Assembly (NCBI GenBank): GCA_963774155.1
Contig: CAVZDW010000008.1
Span: forward strand, 389,732 to 453,731
From: an uncultured Solirubrobacteraceae bacterium
GTDB lineage: Bacteria > Actinomycetota > Thermoleophilia > Solirubrobacterales > Solirubrobacteraceae
Direction: 5' to 3'
DNA length: 64,000 nucleotides
The notes under the pieces are model-generated. The model saw nothing but the letters and a program-made list of their open reading frames with translations. It did not search any database and was not told the DNA's origin. Shown piece after piece: positions 11,799-19,713 of the stretch (within the stretch, counting starts at the first letter, position 1; every line of letters begins with the position of its first letter). The position numbers were made by a program, and so were the translations under genes.

Positions 11799-12737
11799 GC
11801 CGCGGTCCCAGACGAGCTCGGCGTCCTTGACGGCGAGCCGGCCGTAGGCCGTCGTCGTCGTGTGGCCGTGCTCGTCGATCGAGTAGCGGCCGAGCACCGA
11901 GTCGCGGTCCTTCGTCGCGCGCGCGGCGGCGACGACCGTCCGGCGGTCGTCGCCATGACCGATGGCATCGAGGATGAGCGCCATCGCCTCGAAGCCGTAG
12001 AGGTCGAACGAGCCGCGGGCGGCTTGGAAGAAGCGCGTCCTCTCCGCCTCGCCGGGCCCCATCTCGTGGGCGAACCACGGCTGCGCGACGCCCTCGGTGC
12101 CGAGCAGCCACGCGTCGGGCAGCGCGGCGTGCAGGTCGCGCCACAGCCCGACGGCGCCGGAGCCCGCGACGCCGACGTACAGCACCGCCTGGGCGCCCTC
12201 GAGGTCATCGGCCATCGGCTCGTCGTGGTCCCACACCGGCCGCGACCGCACGTCGATACCGCGGTCAAGGGCGGCCGCGGTGCACATCTCGCCGACCGCG
12301 ATCCCGTAGTCGCGGTCGTGGTCGTGGATGACGAGCAGCCGCGTGACGGCCTGGCCGTGGAGCCACGCCGCGATCGCCCGGGCGCCGACGCCGTCGTGCG
12401 GGGTCAGCCGCACGAGCGTGTCGCTGTGGAGCGCGGCGAACGTGGCCACAGGCGCGACCTGGAGCAGCCCGGCCGCCGCGAGGATCGGCGCGGTCTCCAC
12501 GATCTGGCCGCTGTGGAGGTCGCCCAGGTAGGCGAGCGCGCGCGGATCCTCCGCCGCGCGCTCGGCGTGCTCGACGGCCTTGGCCTCGCGGTCATGGGGA
12601 TCGGCGCCGTCGAGCGCGACGAGCTCGACCCCGGTCGCCGCCGCCCGCTCGAAGGCGAGATCCGCCCCGCGCAGCACCTGCCGGCCGAGCGGCCCGGCCG
12701 GGCCGCTCAGGGGAAGGCTCGCGTAGACGACCGGCAT
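11795..12737 (-). pseudogene. Type-1 periplasmic-binding-fold (LivK/amide-binding-like) protein, no signal peptide, no in-frame stop
   Basis: MPVVYASLPLSGPAG...LVIHDHDRDYGIAVGE...AVLYVGVAGSGAV...GRYSIDEHGHTTTTAYGRLAVKDAELVWD lies within the 9750..13244 minus ORF. An alternative ATG is at 12767. The frame has no stop until 9750. A TAG at 11795-11797 is available only after a 1-nt shift. Confidence 0.55.
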
Positions 12738-12794
12738 GGTGCGCAGCCTACGACCCAGGTCATCCATCTGCGCGTCATGCGAACATGCGTTCGC

Positions 12795-13145
12795 ATGACG
12801 AGTCAAGGCAGCCCGTACGCCCGCTTCCAACGCGCCCTGCGCATCGGCCGCCTCCCGCTCGTGCGGGCCGCCGCAGCCGAGCTCCCGCGCGTCGACCTCG
12901 ACGACGCGCTGGCCATCTGCCTGCTCATCGAGGCGCAGGACGCCGAGCGCTTCGAGCGAGCCGCCGTCCGCTGGCTGGCCCGTCTCAGCCTCGAGGTCCC
13001 GACCGTGCGGATCGAGGACCTCCGCGCCGGGCTCGTGGCCTTCGAGGCGCTGCCGGAGAACCCGCTGGGCGCGCGGCAGGCCCTGGCGGACCTCTGCCTC
13101 CGCCACGGGCTGCAGCGCGCCGCCCAAGGGCTCGCTCCGGGGTGA
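12795..13145 (+). CDS. Hypothetical protein (117 aa)
   Basis: This is the terminal part of the 11862..13145 frame. ATG 12795 (alternative 12777), high GC3, helical-looking sequence. No family assigned. Confidence 0.5.
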   Translation: MTSQGSPYARFQRALRIGRLPLVRAAAAELPRVDLDDALAICLLIEAQDAERFERAAVRWLARLSLEVPTVRIEDLRAGLVAFEALPENPLGARQALADLCLRHGLQRAAQGLAPG

Positions 13146-13191
13146 GGGCCGAACCCCGGCATTGAAGGAGAGGGATCGGCCCTCGCCCTCT

Positions 13192-13285
13192 CGAGTGTCG
13201 AGTTTGATGCCGCAGCGGCACCAAAGTCGACAATCGACGCCCATTGTCGACTTTGTCAGCCCTGGGCCGACAAAGTCGACACTCG
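13192..13285. repeat. Four copies of an 11-15 nt motif (CAAAGTCGACA / TGTCGACTTTG) in alternating orientation
   Basis: Copies at 13192-13206 (rev), 13222-13234 (fwd), 13243-13255 (rev) and 13271-13285 (fwd). Copies 2/3 form a perfect 13-bp inverted repeat with an 8-nt spacer. Copies 1/2 and 3/4 each have 15-nt spacers. This gives two tandem 49-bp hairpin units in a convergent intergenic gap. Confidence 0.8.
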
Positions 13286-13352
13286 GCAGACCGGCGCGGC
13301 CGGCGCTCTCGCTCCCTCACCCAGCGGGGTTGACGTTCGTGAACGCCGCGGC

Positions 13353-13913
13353 TTAGCGGAGGTCGAGGACCTTGGCGCCCCAGATCCAGTGGATCTTGGT
13401 GTCCCCGTAGCGGTCGACCCTCCGCCCCGGCAGCGGGTGGGTGTGCCCGTGGAGGACATGGCGTGGCTGGTGCTCGTCGACCCAGTGGCGCAGGCCCTCG
13501 AAGCCGATGTGGGCGGCGTCCTCGGGGTCGTCGTTGATCCCCAGCGGCGGGCAGTGGCAGAGCAGCACGTCGGCTCCCGGCAGCTTGCGCGCCAGCTTCG
13601 ACGCCTCCTTCTGCGTGTACTGGTGCGTCGCGCCCTCGCGGTACTTCACGCAGCCCTCGAAGCCGGCGACCGTGAGGCCGCCTCCGACCTGGGTGCGGCG
13701 GAGGTGCAGGTCCTCGATCTCCAGCTCGCGCAGGACGTGGTTCGGATCGTGGTTGCCGTGCACGCCGTAGCGGGGGACGCGGAGCGACATCAGCGACTCG
13801 ATCCAGGCTCGGTCGAGGTCGCCGAGGCAGAACACGGCGTCGACGTGCATCTGCTTCGCCATCTCGGCGGGATCGACGGGCGGCCGCTTGTCGGCGAGCG
13901 CCAGGACGCGCAT
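13353..13913 (-). CDS. Calcineurin-like metallophosphoesterase (YfcE/MJ0936-like)
   Basis: MRVLALAD...DAVFCLGDLD...GVHGNHD...LLCHCPP...HVLHGHTH are metallophosphoesterase motifs. The start ATG shares its A with the TetR stop (TGATG at 13911-13915). Confidence 0.85.
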   Translation of the reverse strand: MRVLALADKRPPVDPAEMAKQMHVDAVFCLGDLDRAWIESLMSLRVPRYGVHGNHDPNHVLRELEIEDLHLRRTQVGGGLTVAGFEGCVKYREGATHQYTQKEASKLARKLPGADVLLCHCPPLGINDDPEDAAHIGFEGLRHWVDEHQPRHVLHGHTHPLPGRRVDRYGDTKIHWIWGAKVLDLR

Positions 13914-14542
13914 CAGGAGCGCAGGGCCGCGAGCCCGCCCTCGAGGAAGCGCAACGCGTCGTCGATGAACACGGCGGGATCGGCGATCAGCGCGCGTGCC
14001 TGCTCGGGGTCCTGCTCGATGATCTCGTCCGCCGCATCGCTCGAGGCCTGCAGAGCGGCGACCGCCGCGGCGGCGACCAGGCGCGGGCGCAGCGCGTCGG
14101 CGCGCTCGTCGAAGTCTTCGGCGACGGCCTCGGCCAGCCGCCGCTCGAACCGGCGCATGTGCTGGAGGTCGCACGCGGCGACGGCGGGTGACTCGCGCCG
14201 CAGCCGGGCCTCGAGCTTCTGGTACTCGATATCGCCGGCGAGGTGCTGCGCGGTCTCGAGGATCCACGCGCGGAGGGCGGCGAGCGCCGTCATCCCGGCG
14301 GGCCGCTCGCTCATGGCGCGGTCGAACTCGGCGTACAGCGGCTCGAACTTGGCGAACACCGCCTCCTCCTTGGAGGCGAAGTAGGAGAAGAACGTGCGCG
14401 GCGCGATGTCGGCGGCCGCGGCGATGTCGGCGATCGTCGTCGCGTCGAAGCCGCGCTCGCTGAAGAGCGCCATCGCCGCGCGATGGATCGCCTCCCGCGT
14501 CTGCTGCTTCTTCCGTTCCCTCAGTCCCACCCCGGTGGACAT
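13913..14542 (-). CDS. TetR family transcriptional regulator
   Basis: N-terminal HTH: RERKKQQTREAIHRAAMALFSERGFDATTIADIAAAADIAPRTFFSYFASKEE. Confidence 0.9.
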   Translation of the reverse strand: MSTGVGLRERKKQQTREAIHRAAMALFSERGFDATTIADIAAAADIAPRTFFSYFASKEEAVFAKFEPLYAEFDRAMSERPAGMTALAALRAWILETAQHLAGDIEYQKLEARLRRESPAVAACDLQHMRRFERRLAEAVAEDFDERADALRPRLVAAAAVAALQASSDAADEIIEQDPEQARALIADPAVFIDDALRFLEGGLAALRS

Positions 14543-14606
14543 GGTGTCGATTCTATCGCTCCCTGCAACAATGCAGCTGCTGCAAAATTACAGCGAGCAT
14601 CGCCGG

Positions 14607-15752
14607 TCAGTCCCGGTAGGGATCGAAGGTGTCCGCGCCGGCCATGGCGACTCCGATCGGCTCCAGGCGATGGAGCACGCGGATCGTGTCGCCGTGGTCG
14701 GCCAGAACCTGGTCGAGCCGCTTGTAGGCGTCCGGCGCCTCGTCCGCGGCGCCGCCGCGGAGCTCGATCCCGCGCACGCGCAGGTCGGCCTGGACCGCGG
14801 TGAAGTCGATCAGCCCGGGCCGGCCCTTCTTGCCCTTCGCCTGTGTGCGGGAGAGCCGGCGACCGGCGCCGTGGACGGTGGAGAAGAAGGCCGCGCGCGC
14901 CTCCGGCGTGTCGGCGCCCTCGAGGATCACGCTCGGCTCGCCCATGGTCGACCCGACGAAGCCCTTCTGGCCCGGGAACGCCGGCGTGCAGCCCTTGCGG
15001 ACGACCCACCAGTCCGCGCCGTCGTGCGACTCGCGCCACGCGAAGTTGTGGTGGTTGTGGACCGAGAAGGTGGCCTTTGTGCCGAGGATGTCGAGCACGC
15101 GCTCGACCACCACGTCGCGGCCCGCGGAGGCGTACTCGCCCGCGAGGGTCATGGCCGCGAGATAGTCCTGACCGAGCGCGGAGGTGGCCGGGAGGAGCGT
15201 CGGCGGCGCGTCCATGCCGCCCCGGCGCTCGCCGGCGAGTGCCAGGAACATGGTCGCCGTCTTGTGGCCGAAGCCACGCGACCCGAAGTGCACGCCGATC
15301 CAGACGAGGCCGTCCTCGTCCGCGAACAGGTCGACGTAGTGGTTGCCGCCGCCGACCGTCCCGAGCTGCTTGGCGGCGAGGTCGTAGAGCTCGCGCTGCT
15401 GAGCGACGTCGGCGGTGCGGACGGCATCCAGCACGGGATGGTCGACGGGCTCGTCGTTGCGGCGGCCGACGCCGAACGAGATCCGCTCGGCGATCGTGTC
15501 CATGATGCGCGGCAGGTCCGCGGCGATGTCCTCCCGGCGCAGATCGGTCCGCACGGCCTTGTTGCCGCAGCCGATGTCGTAGCCGACACCCGACACCGAG
15601 AGGTGGTCGCGGTAGGCGACCGCGCCGCCGACGGGCTGGCTGTAGCCGACGTGCCCGTCGGCGCACAGCACGCCTCGCGCGCCCGGCTCGGCTTCGATGC
15701 AGCGCGCGAGCTGCTCGATCGTGCGGTTGTCGTGGTGGCCGATGATCTGCAC
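14607..15752 (-). CDS. rtcB: RNA-splicing ligase RtcB (short, about 380 aa form)
   Basis: CADGHVGYSQPVGG, GYDIGCGN, GGGNHYVDLF, GSRGFGH, HNHHNF and the C-terminal PIGVMAG-type ending are RtcB metal/GTP-site motifs. Confidence 0.9.
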   Translation of the reverse strand: MQIIGHHDNRTIEQLARCIEAEPGARGVLCADGHVGYSQPVGGAVAYRDHLSVSGVGYDIGCGNKAVRTDLRREDIAADLPRIMDTIAERISFGVGRRNDEPVDHPVLDAVRTADVAQQRELYDLAAKQLGTVGGGNHYVDLFADEDGLVWIGVHFGSRGFGHKTATMFLALAGERRGGMDAPPTLLPATSALGQDYLAAMTLAGEYASAGRDVVVERVLDILGTKATFSVHNHHNFAWRESHDGADWWVVRKGCTPAFPGQKGFVGSTMGEPSVILEGADTPEARAAFFSTVHGAGRRLSRTQAKGKKGRPGLIDFTAVQADLRVRGIELRGGAADEAPDAYKRLDQVLADHGDTIRVLHRLEPIGVAMAGADTFDPYRD

Positions 15753-15776
15753 GTGCGGTTCCGGCGACAGTAGGAC

Positions 15777-15829
15777 TTGACGCGGCTAACGGTGTTAGCT
15801 ACTCTGGGCTAACAGTGTTAGCCAAGGAG
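15777..15829 (+). promoter_or_regulatory. Predicted promoter with two identical-type palindromic operators and an RBS
   Basis: TTGACG (15777-15782), 17-nt spacer, TACTCT (15800-15805). GCTAACGGTGTTAGC (15785-15799) fills the spacer. GCTAACAGTGTTAGC (15808-15822) follows the -10. AAGGAG at 15824-15829 sits 5 nt before ATG 15835. The region is also divergent to rtcB. Confidence 0.6.
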
Positions 15830-15834
15830 ATCTC

Positions 15835-16116
15835 ATGACCGGTCTGTGGCAGTTCTTCGCGTTCGGCGCCATGCCCGACATCGCCCTCTTCGCCGGTCTG
15901 GGCGCCGGCCTCGCCAAGGGCCAGCTCCACCCGCGCGCCGTGCCGCTCTACAACGCCCTGCACCGCTGGATGGCTCCCGCCGCCTTCGCCGTCACGGCCG
16001 CCGTGCTGCTGCCCGCCGGCTTCCTCGTCGGCGCGGCTGCGTGGGGACTCCACATCGCCGTCGACCGGGTCGCCGGATACGGTCTGCGGACGCCCGATGG
16101 CTTCCAGCGAGGCTGA
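15835..16116 (+). CDS. Small integral membrane protein (DUF4260-like)
   Basis: 93 aa with three hydrophobic helices and a good RBS. The family call is from memory only. Confidence 0.6.
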   Translation: MTGLWQFFAFGAMPDIALFAGLGAGLAKGQLHPRAVPLYNALHRWMAPAAFAVTAAVLLPAGFLVGAAAWGLHIAVDRVAGYGLRTPDGFQRG

Positions 16117-16615
16117 ACTCACCCCGCGTGCGCGGGAGATCGTGGCCGCCGCGCGGGAGCTGCTCGAGGCCGAGGGGCCGGAGGCGCTCTCGATGCGGCG
16201 CGTCGCCGAGCGCATCGGCATCCGTGCTCCGTCGATCTACAAGCACCTGCCGGACAAGCAGGCGCTCGAGGCCGCGCTCGTCACCGCCGGCTTCGAGGAG
16301 TGGGCCGCGGCCTTCGAAGGCGAGGAGGGCGCGGAGGCGCTGGCGCGCGCGTACCGCGGGTACGCCAAGGCGCACCCGCACCTCTACCGGCTGATGACCG
16401 AGCGGCCGCTGGCGCGCGACCGGCTCGCGCCCGGCGTCGAGGAGCGCGCCGCCGCTCCGATCGTGCGGGCCGTCGGCGGGGATCCCGACGTCGCGCGCGC
16501 CGTCTGGGCGTTCGCCCACGGCATGGCCATCCTCGAGCTCAACGGCCGCTTCCCGCCGGACGCGGACCTCGACGCCGCGTGGGCGGTCGGGATGGCGCGC
16601 ATAATCGGCGCATGA
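16097..16615 (+). CDS. TetR family transcriptional regulator
   Basis: HTH: REIVAAARELLEAEGPEALSMRRVAERIGIRAPSIYKHLPDKQAL. It overlaps the upstream membrane-protein gene by 20 nt. Confidence 0.85.
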   Translation: MASSEAELTPRAREIVAAARELLEAEGPEALSMRRVAERIGIRAPSIYKHLPDKQALEAALVTAGFEEWAAAFEGEEGAEALARAYRGYAKAHPHLYRLMTERPLARDRLAPGVEERAAAPIVRAVGGDPDVARAVWAFAHGMAILELNGRFPPDADLDAAWAVGMARIIGA

Positions 16616-17073
16616 ACCTGCACACGGCCGAGTTCGAGTACGACGACACCGACCCCGAGGGCTACAAGGCGGGACTCGCGCGCCTCGGGCCGCTGGTCGG
16701 CGCCTCCGAGACCGGCACGAGCATCTACGAGATCCCGCCCGGTCAGAGCATCTGCCCGTACCACTACGAGTGGGCCGAGGAGGAGTGGCTGATCGTCCTC
16801 GCCGGCGAGCCGACGCTCCGGCAGCCCGAGGGAGAGCAGGTCCTCGCCGAGGGCGACGTCCGCTTCTTCCCGACCGGCCCCGCGGGCGCGCACAAGGTGA
16901 CCAACGGCACCGACGCGACCGTCCGCGTGCTCATGTTCTCCAGCGTCAAGCACCCCGCGGCCAGCGTCTACCCGGACAGCGACAAGATCGGGATCTTCAC
17001 CGACCGCGACCGCACCGACAACGTCCTCGTGCGCCGCGAGAGCGGCGTCGACTACTACGACCGGGAGTTCTAG
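16612..17073 (+). CDS. Cupin domain protein
   Basis: MNLHTAEFEYDD...PPGQSICPYHYEWAEEEWLIVLAGEPTLR...GDVRFFPTGPAGAHKVTN. The ATGA overlap with the TetR stop is at 16612-16615. Confidence 0.75.
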   Translation: MNLHTAEFEYDDTDPEGYKAGLARLGPLVGASETGTSIYEIPPGQSICPYHYEWAEEEWLIVLAGEPTLRQPEGEQVLAEGDVRFFPTGPAGAHKVTNGTDATVRVLMFSSVKHPAASVYPDSDKIGIFTDRDRTDNVLVRRESGVDYYDREF

Positions 17074-18446
17074 CCCTTGGGCTTCTGCGGCGGCGTGATG
17101 ACCTTCATCGGCAGCTTCATCAGCGCCGGCGGCGTCTTCGCCGCGACCCGCATGGCCTTGCTCGCTGCGAGCGAGCGCTGCTTGGTGCCGCGCCCGAACG
17201 AGCGCCCGAGCGCCGGGCCGTCGGGCGGCAGCCGGTGGTGGAGCGGCGGTGCCGGGTCGGCCAGCGTGCGGCCGATGACCACGCGCTGGATCTCGCTCGT
17301 GCCCTCGAAGATCGTGTAGAGCTTCGCGTCGCGGTACCACTTCTCGACCGGCAGGTCGCGGACGTAGCCGTAGCCGCCGCAGACCTGGATCGCCTGCTCG
17401 GTGATCCGCACCGCGACCTCCGACGCCTTGAGCTTCGACATCGAGCCCTCGGCGTGGTGGTACTCCTGGTGCTGGGCGGCCATCCACGACGCGCGCCAGG
17501 TCAGCAGGCGCGCGGCGTCGAGCTCCATCGCCAGGTCGGCCAGCGGGAAGGAGATGCCCTGCTTCTCGAGGATCGGCTCCCCGAACGCCTCGCGCTCGGA
17601 CGCGTACTGGCACGCGAACTCCAGCGCGGCGCGGGCGATGCCGAGCGCCTGGGCGGCCACCATCGGCCGCGTCTGCTCGAAGGCGCCCAGCGTCGAGGAG
17701 CGCCCGTTGCCGTTGCGGCTGTGCGCCTCGGCCAGCCGGCGCTCGAGCTTGGCATCGCCGCCGAGCACGTTCTCGGCCGGGATCCGGCAGTTCTCGAACT
17801 TCAGCTCGGCCGTGTGCGAGGCGCGGCAGCCGAGCTTCTCCAGCTTGCGCACCATCTGCAGCCCCGGCGTGCCGCCGGGGACGATGAAGAGCGCCTGCCC
17901 GCGGTGGCCGAGCTCCGGGTCGACCGTCGCGTTGACCACGTGCACGTTGGCGATGCCGCCGTTGCCGATCCAGATCTTGTGGCCGTCGAGGACCCACTCG
18001 TCGCCGTCGCGGCGGGCGGTGGTGCGCAGGTTGCGGACGTCGCTGCCGCCCTCGGGCTCGGACACGCAGAGGGCGGCGAGCTTGAGGTCGCCCGGCTCGC
18101 CGAAGCACTCCGGCGCCCAGCGCAGGAGCTGCTCCGGCGTGGCGGCCTGGGCCACGGCCGACAACGCCAGGGCGGGCATGACGATGCTCAGCCCGATCCC
18201 CGCGCAGCCCCAGAACAGCTCCTCCATGAAGAGCGGGAGCGAGAGGCCGGTCGGGTCGCCGATCAGGTCGCGGTAGAAGAGCGGGTTGTAGAAGCCCTCC
18301 TCGGCCGCCGCCTCGAGCACCTCCCACGGGAACTCCTCCACGCGGTCGTGGTGCTCGGCGACCGGCCGGATGACATCCCGTGCGAAGGCGTGCGTGCGCT
18401 CGACGAGATCCTGCTGCGCAGGGGTCAGGGAGAATCCGTAGCTCAC
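17070..18446 (-). CDS. Acyl-CoA dehydrogenase with a roughly 60-aa Pro/Lys-rich C-terminal tail
   Basis: LCVSEPEGGSDV, WIGNGG, LGCRASHTAELKFENCRIP, IFEGTSEIQR. The GTG start overlaps the thiolase stop (GTGA at 18443-18446). The tail reads ...PPLHHRLPPDGPALGRSFGRGTKQRSLAASKAMRVAAKTPPALMKLPMKVITPPQKPKG. Confidence 0.85.
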   Translation of the reverse strand: MSYGFSLTPAQQDLVERTHAFARDVIRPVAEHHDRVEEFPWEVLEAAAEEGFYNPLFYRDLIGDPTGLSLPLFMEELFWGCAGIGLSIVMPALALSAVAQAATPEQLLRWAPECFGEPGDLKLAALCVSEPEGGSDVRNLRTTARRDGDEWVLDGHKIWIGNGGIANVHVVNATVDPELGHRGQALFIVPGGTPGLQMVRKLEKLGCRASHTAELKFENCRIPAENVLGGDAKLERRLAEAHSRNGNGRSSTLGAFEQTRPMVAAQALGIARAALEFACQYASEREAFGEPILEKQGISFPLADLAMELDAARLLTWRASWMAAQHQEYHHAEGSMSKLKASEVAVRITEQAIQVCGGYGYVRDLPVEKWYRDAKLYTIFEGTSEIQRVVIGRTLADPAPPLHHRLPPDGPALGRSFGRGTKQRSLAASKAMRVAAKTPPALMKLPMKVITPPQKPKG

Positions 18447-19660
18447 TTGGCACGCTCCACGATCGCGACGACGCCCTGCCCGCCGGCTGCGCAGATGGAG
18501 ACCAGCGCGCGGCCGGAGCCTCTCTCCGCCAGGAGCTTGGCCACGGTGGCGAGGATCCGCCCGCCGGTGGCGGCGAACGGGTGCCCGGCGGCCAGCGAGC
18601 CGCCCGCGACGTTCAGCTTCGAACGGTCGATGTCGCCGAGTGCCTTCAGCGTGGCGAGCACCTGGGCCGCGAACGCCTCGTGGATCTCGTAGAAGTCGAA
18701 GTCCTGCAGCGTCAGCCCGGCGCGGTCGAGCAGCCGCGGGATGGCGTGGACCGGAGCCATCAGCAACCCCTCGTCGCCGTTGATGTAGTCGACCGCCGCG
18801 GTCTCGGAGTGGGTCAGGTGCGCGAGCACGGGGAGGCCGCGTTCGGCCGCCCAGGCGTCGCTGCTCAGCAGCACCAGCGCGGCGCCGTCGGACAGCGGCG
18901 TCGAGTTGCCCGCGGTCATCGTGTCGCCGAACACCGGCTTGAGCTTCGCGAGCTTGTCGGTGCTCGAGTCCGGCCGCAGGTTCTGGTCGCGCTCGAGGCC
19001 GAGGTAGGGCGTGACGAGGTCGTCGAGGAACCCGCGCTCGTACGCGGCGGCCAGCGCCTGGTGGCTGGCCACGGTCAGCTCGTCCTGCTCCTCGCGCGTG
19101 ATGCCCCAGCGCTCGGTGGTGATGGCCTGGTGCTCGCCCATCGACATGCCGGTGCGCGGCTCGGCGTTGCGCGGGATCTCGGGGACGATCTGGCCCGGCC
19201 GCAGGTGGCCGAGGAGCTTCAGCCGGCCGGGGACGCTCTTGGTCCGGTTGGCCTCCAGCAGCACGCGCCGCAGGTCCTCGTTGACGGCGATCGGGGCGTC
19301 GCTCGTGGTGTCGACGCCGCCCGCGATCCCCCAATCGATCTGGCCGAGCGCGATCTTGCCGCCGACCGCGAGCGCGGCCTGGAGGCCGGTGTCGCAGGCC
19401 TGCTGGATGTCGTAGGCCGGCGTGGCGTGGTCGAGCGCGCTGCCGAGCACGCACTCGCGGGCGAGGTTGAAGTCCCGCGCGTGCTTGAGCACGGCGCCGG
19501 CCACCACCTCGCCGGCCCGCTCGCCCTGCAGGCCGAAGCGCGCGACGAGCCCGTCGAGCGTGGCGGTGAGCATGTCCTGGTTCGAGGCCTCGGCGTACGG
19601 CCCGTTCGAGCGAGCGAACGGGATGCGATTGCCGCCGAGGATTGCGATCTTCTCTGGCAT
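18443..19660 (-). CDS. fadA: Acetyl-CoA acetyltransferase / thiolase (FadA2-like)
   Basis: MPEKIAILGGNRIPFARSNGPY..., CDTGLQA, GNSTPLSDGAA, NVAGGSLAAGHPFAATGGR, CAAGGQG. An alternative upstream start is at 19711. Confidence 0.9.
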   Translation of the reverse strand: MPEKIAILGGNRIPFARSNGPYAEASNQDMLTATLDGLVARFGLQGERAGEVVAGAVLKHARDFNLARECVLGSALDHATPAYDIQQACDTGLQAALAVGGKIALGQIDWGIAGGVDTTSDAPIAVNEDLRRVLLEANRTKSVPGRLKLLGHLRPGQIVPEIPRNAEPRTGMSMGEHQAITTERWGITREEQDELTVASHQALAAAYERGFLDDLVTPYLGLERDQNLRPDSSTDKLAKLKPVFGDTMTAGNSTPLSDGAALVLLSSDAWAAERGLPVLAHLTHSETAAVDYINGDEGLLMAPVHAIPRLLDRAGLTLQDFDFYEIHEAFAAQVLATLKALGDIDRSKLNVAGGSLAAGHPFAATGGRILATVAKLLAERGSGRALVSICAAGGQGVVAIVERAK

Positions 19661-19713
19661 CGTTGGCAAACGTTCCCGTTCATCTGAGATTTCAATCGGG
19701 TATGCGGTCACAC

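Noticed and set aside
13162-13356. 64-aa plus-strand ORF spanning the palindromic intergenic region.
   Set aside because: It has a poor coding signature, its translation is dictated by the repeats, it has no RBS, and it overlaps the stop region of the convergent phosphoesterase gene.
14543-14606. TetR operator or promoter between rtcB and the downstream TetR gene (GCAGCTGC palindrome, two TTGCAG repeats, and TAGAAT 7 nt before the ATG on the minus strand).
   Set aside because: The symmetry is short and imperfect, and no convincing -35 element could be placed. It is mentioned only as a possibility, not reported as a feature.
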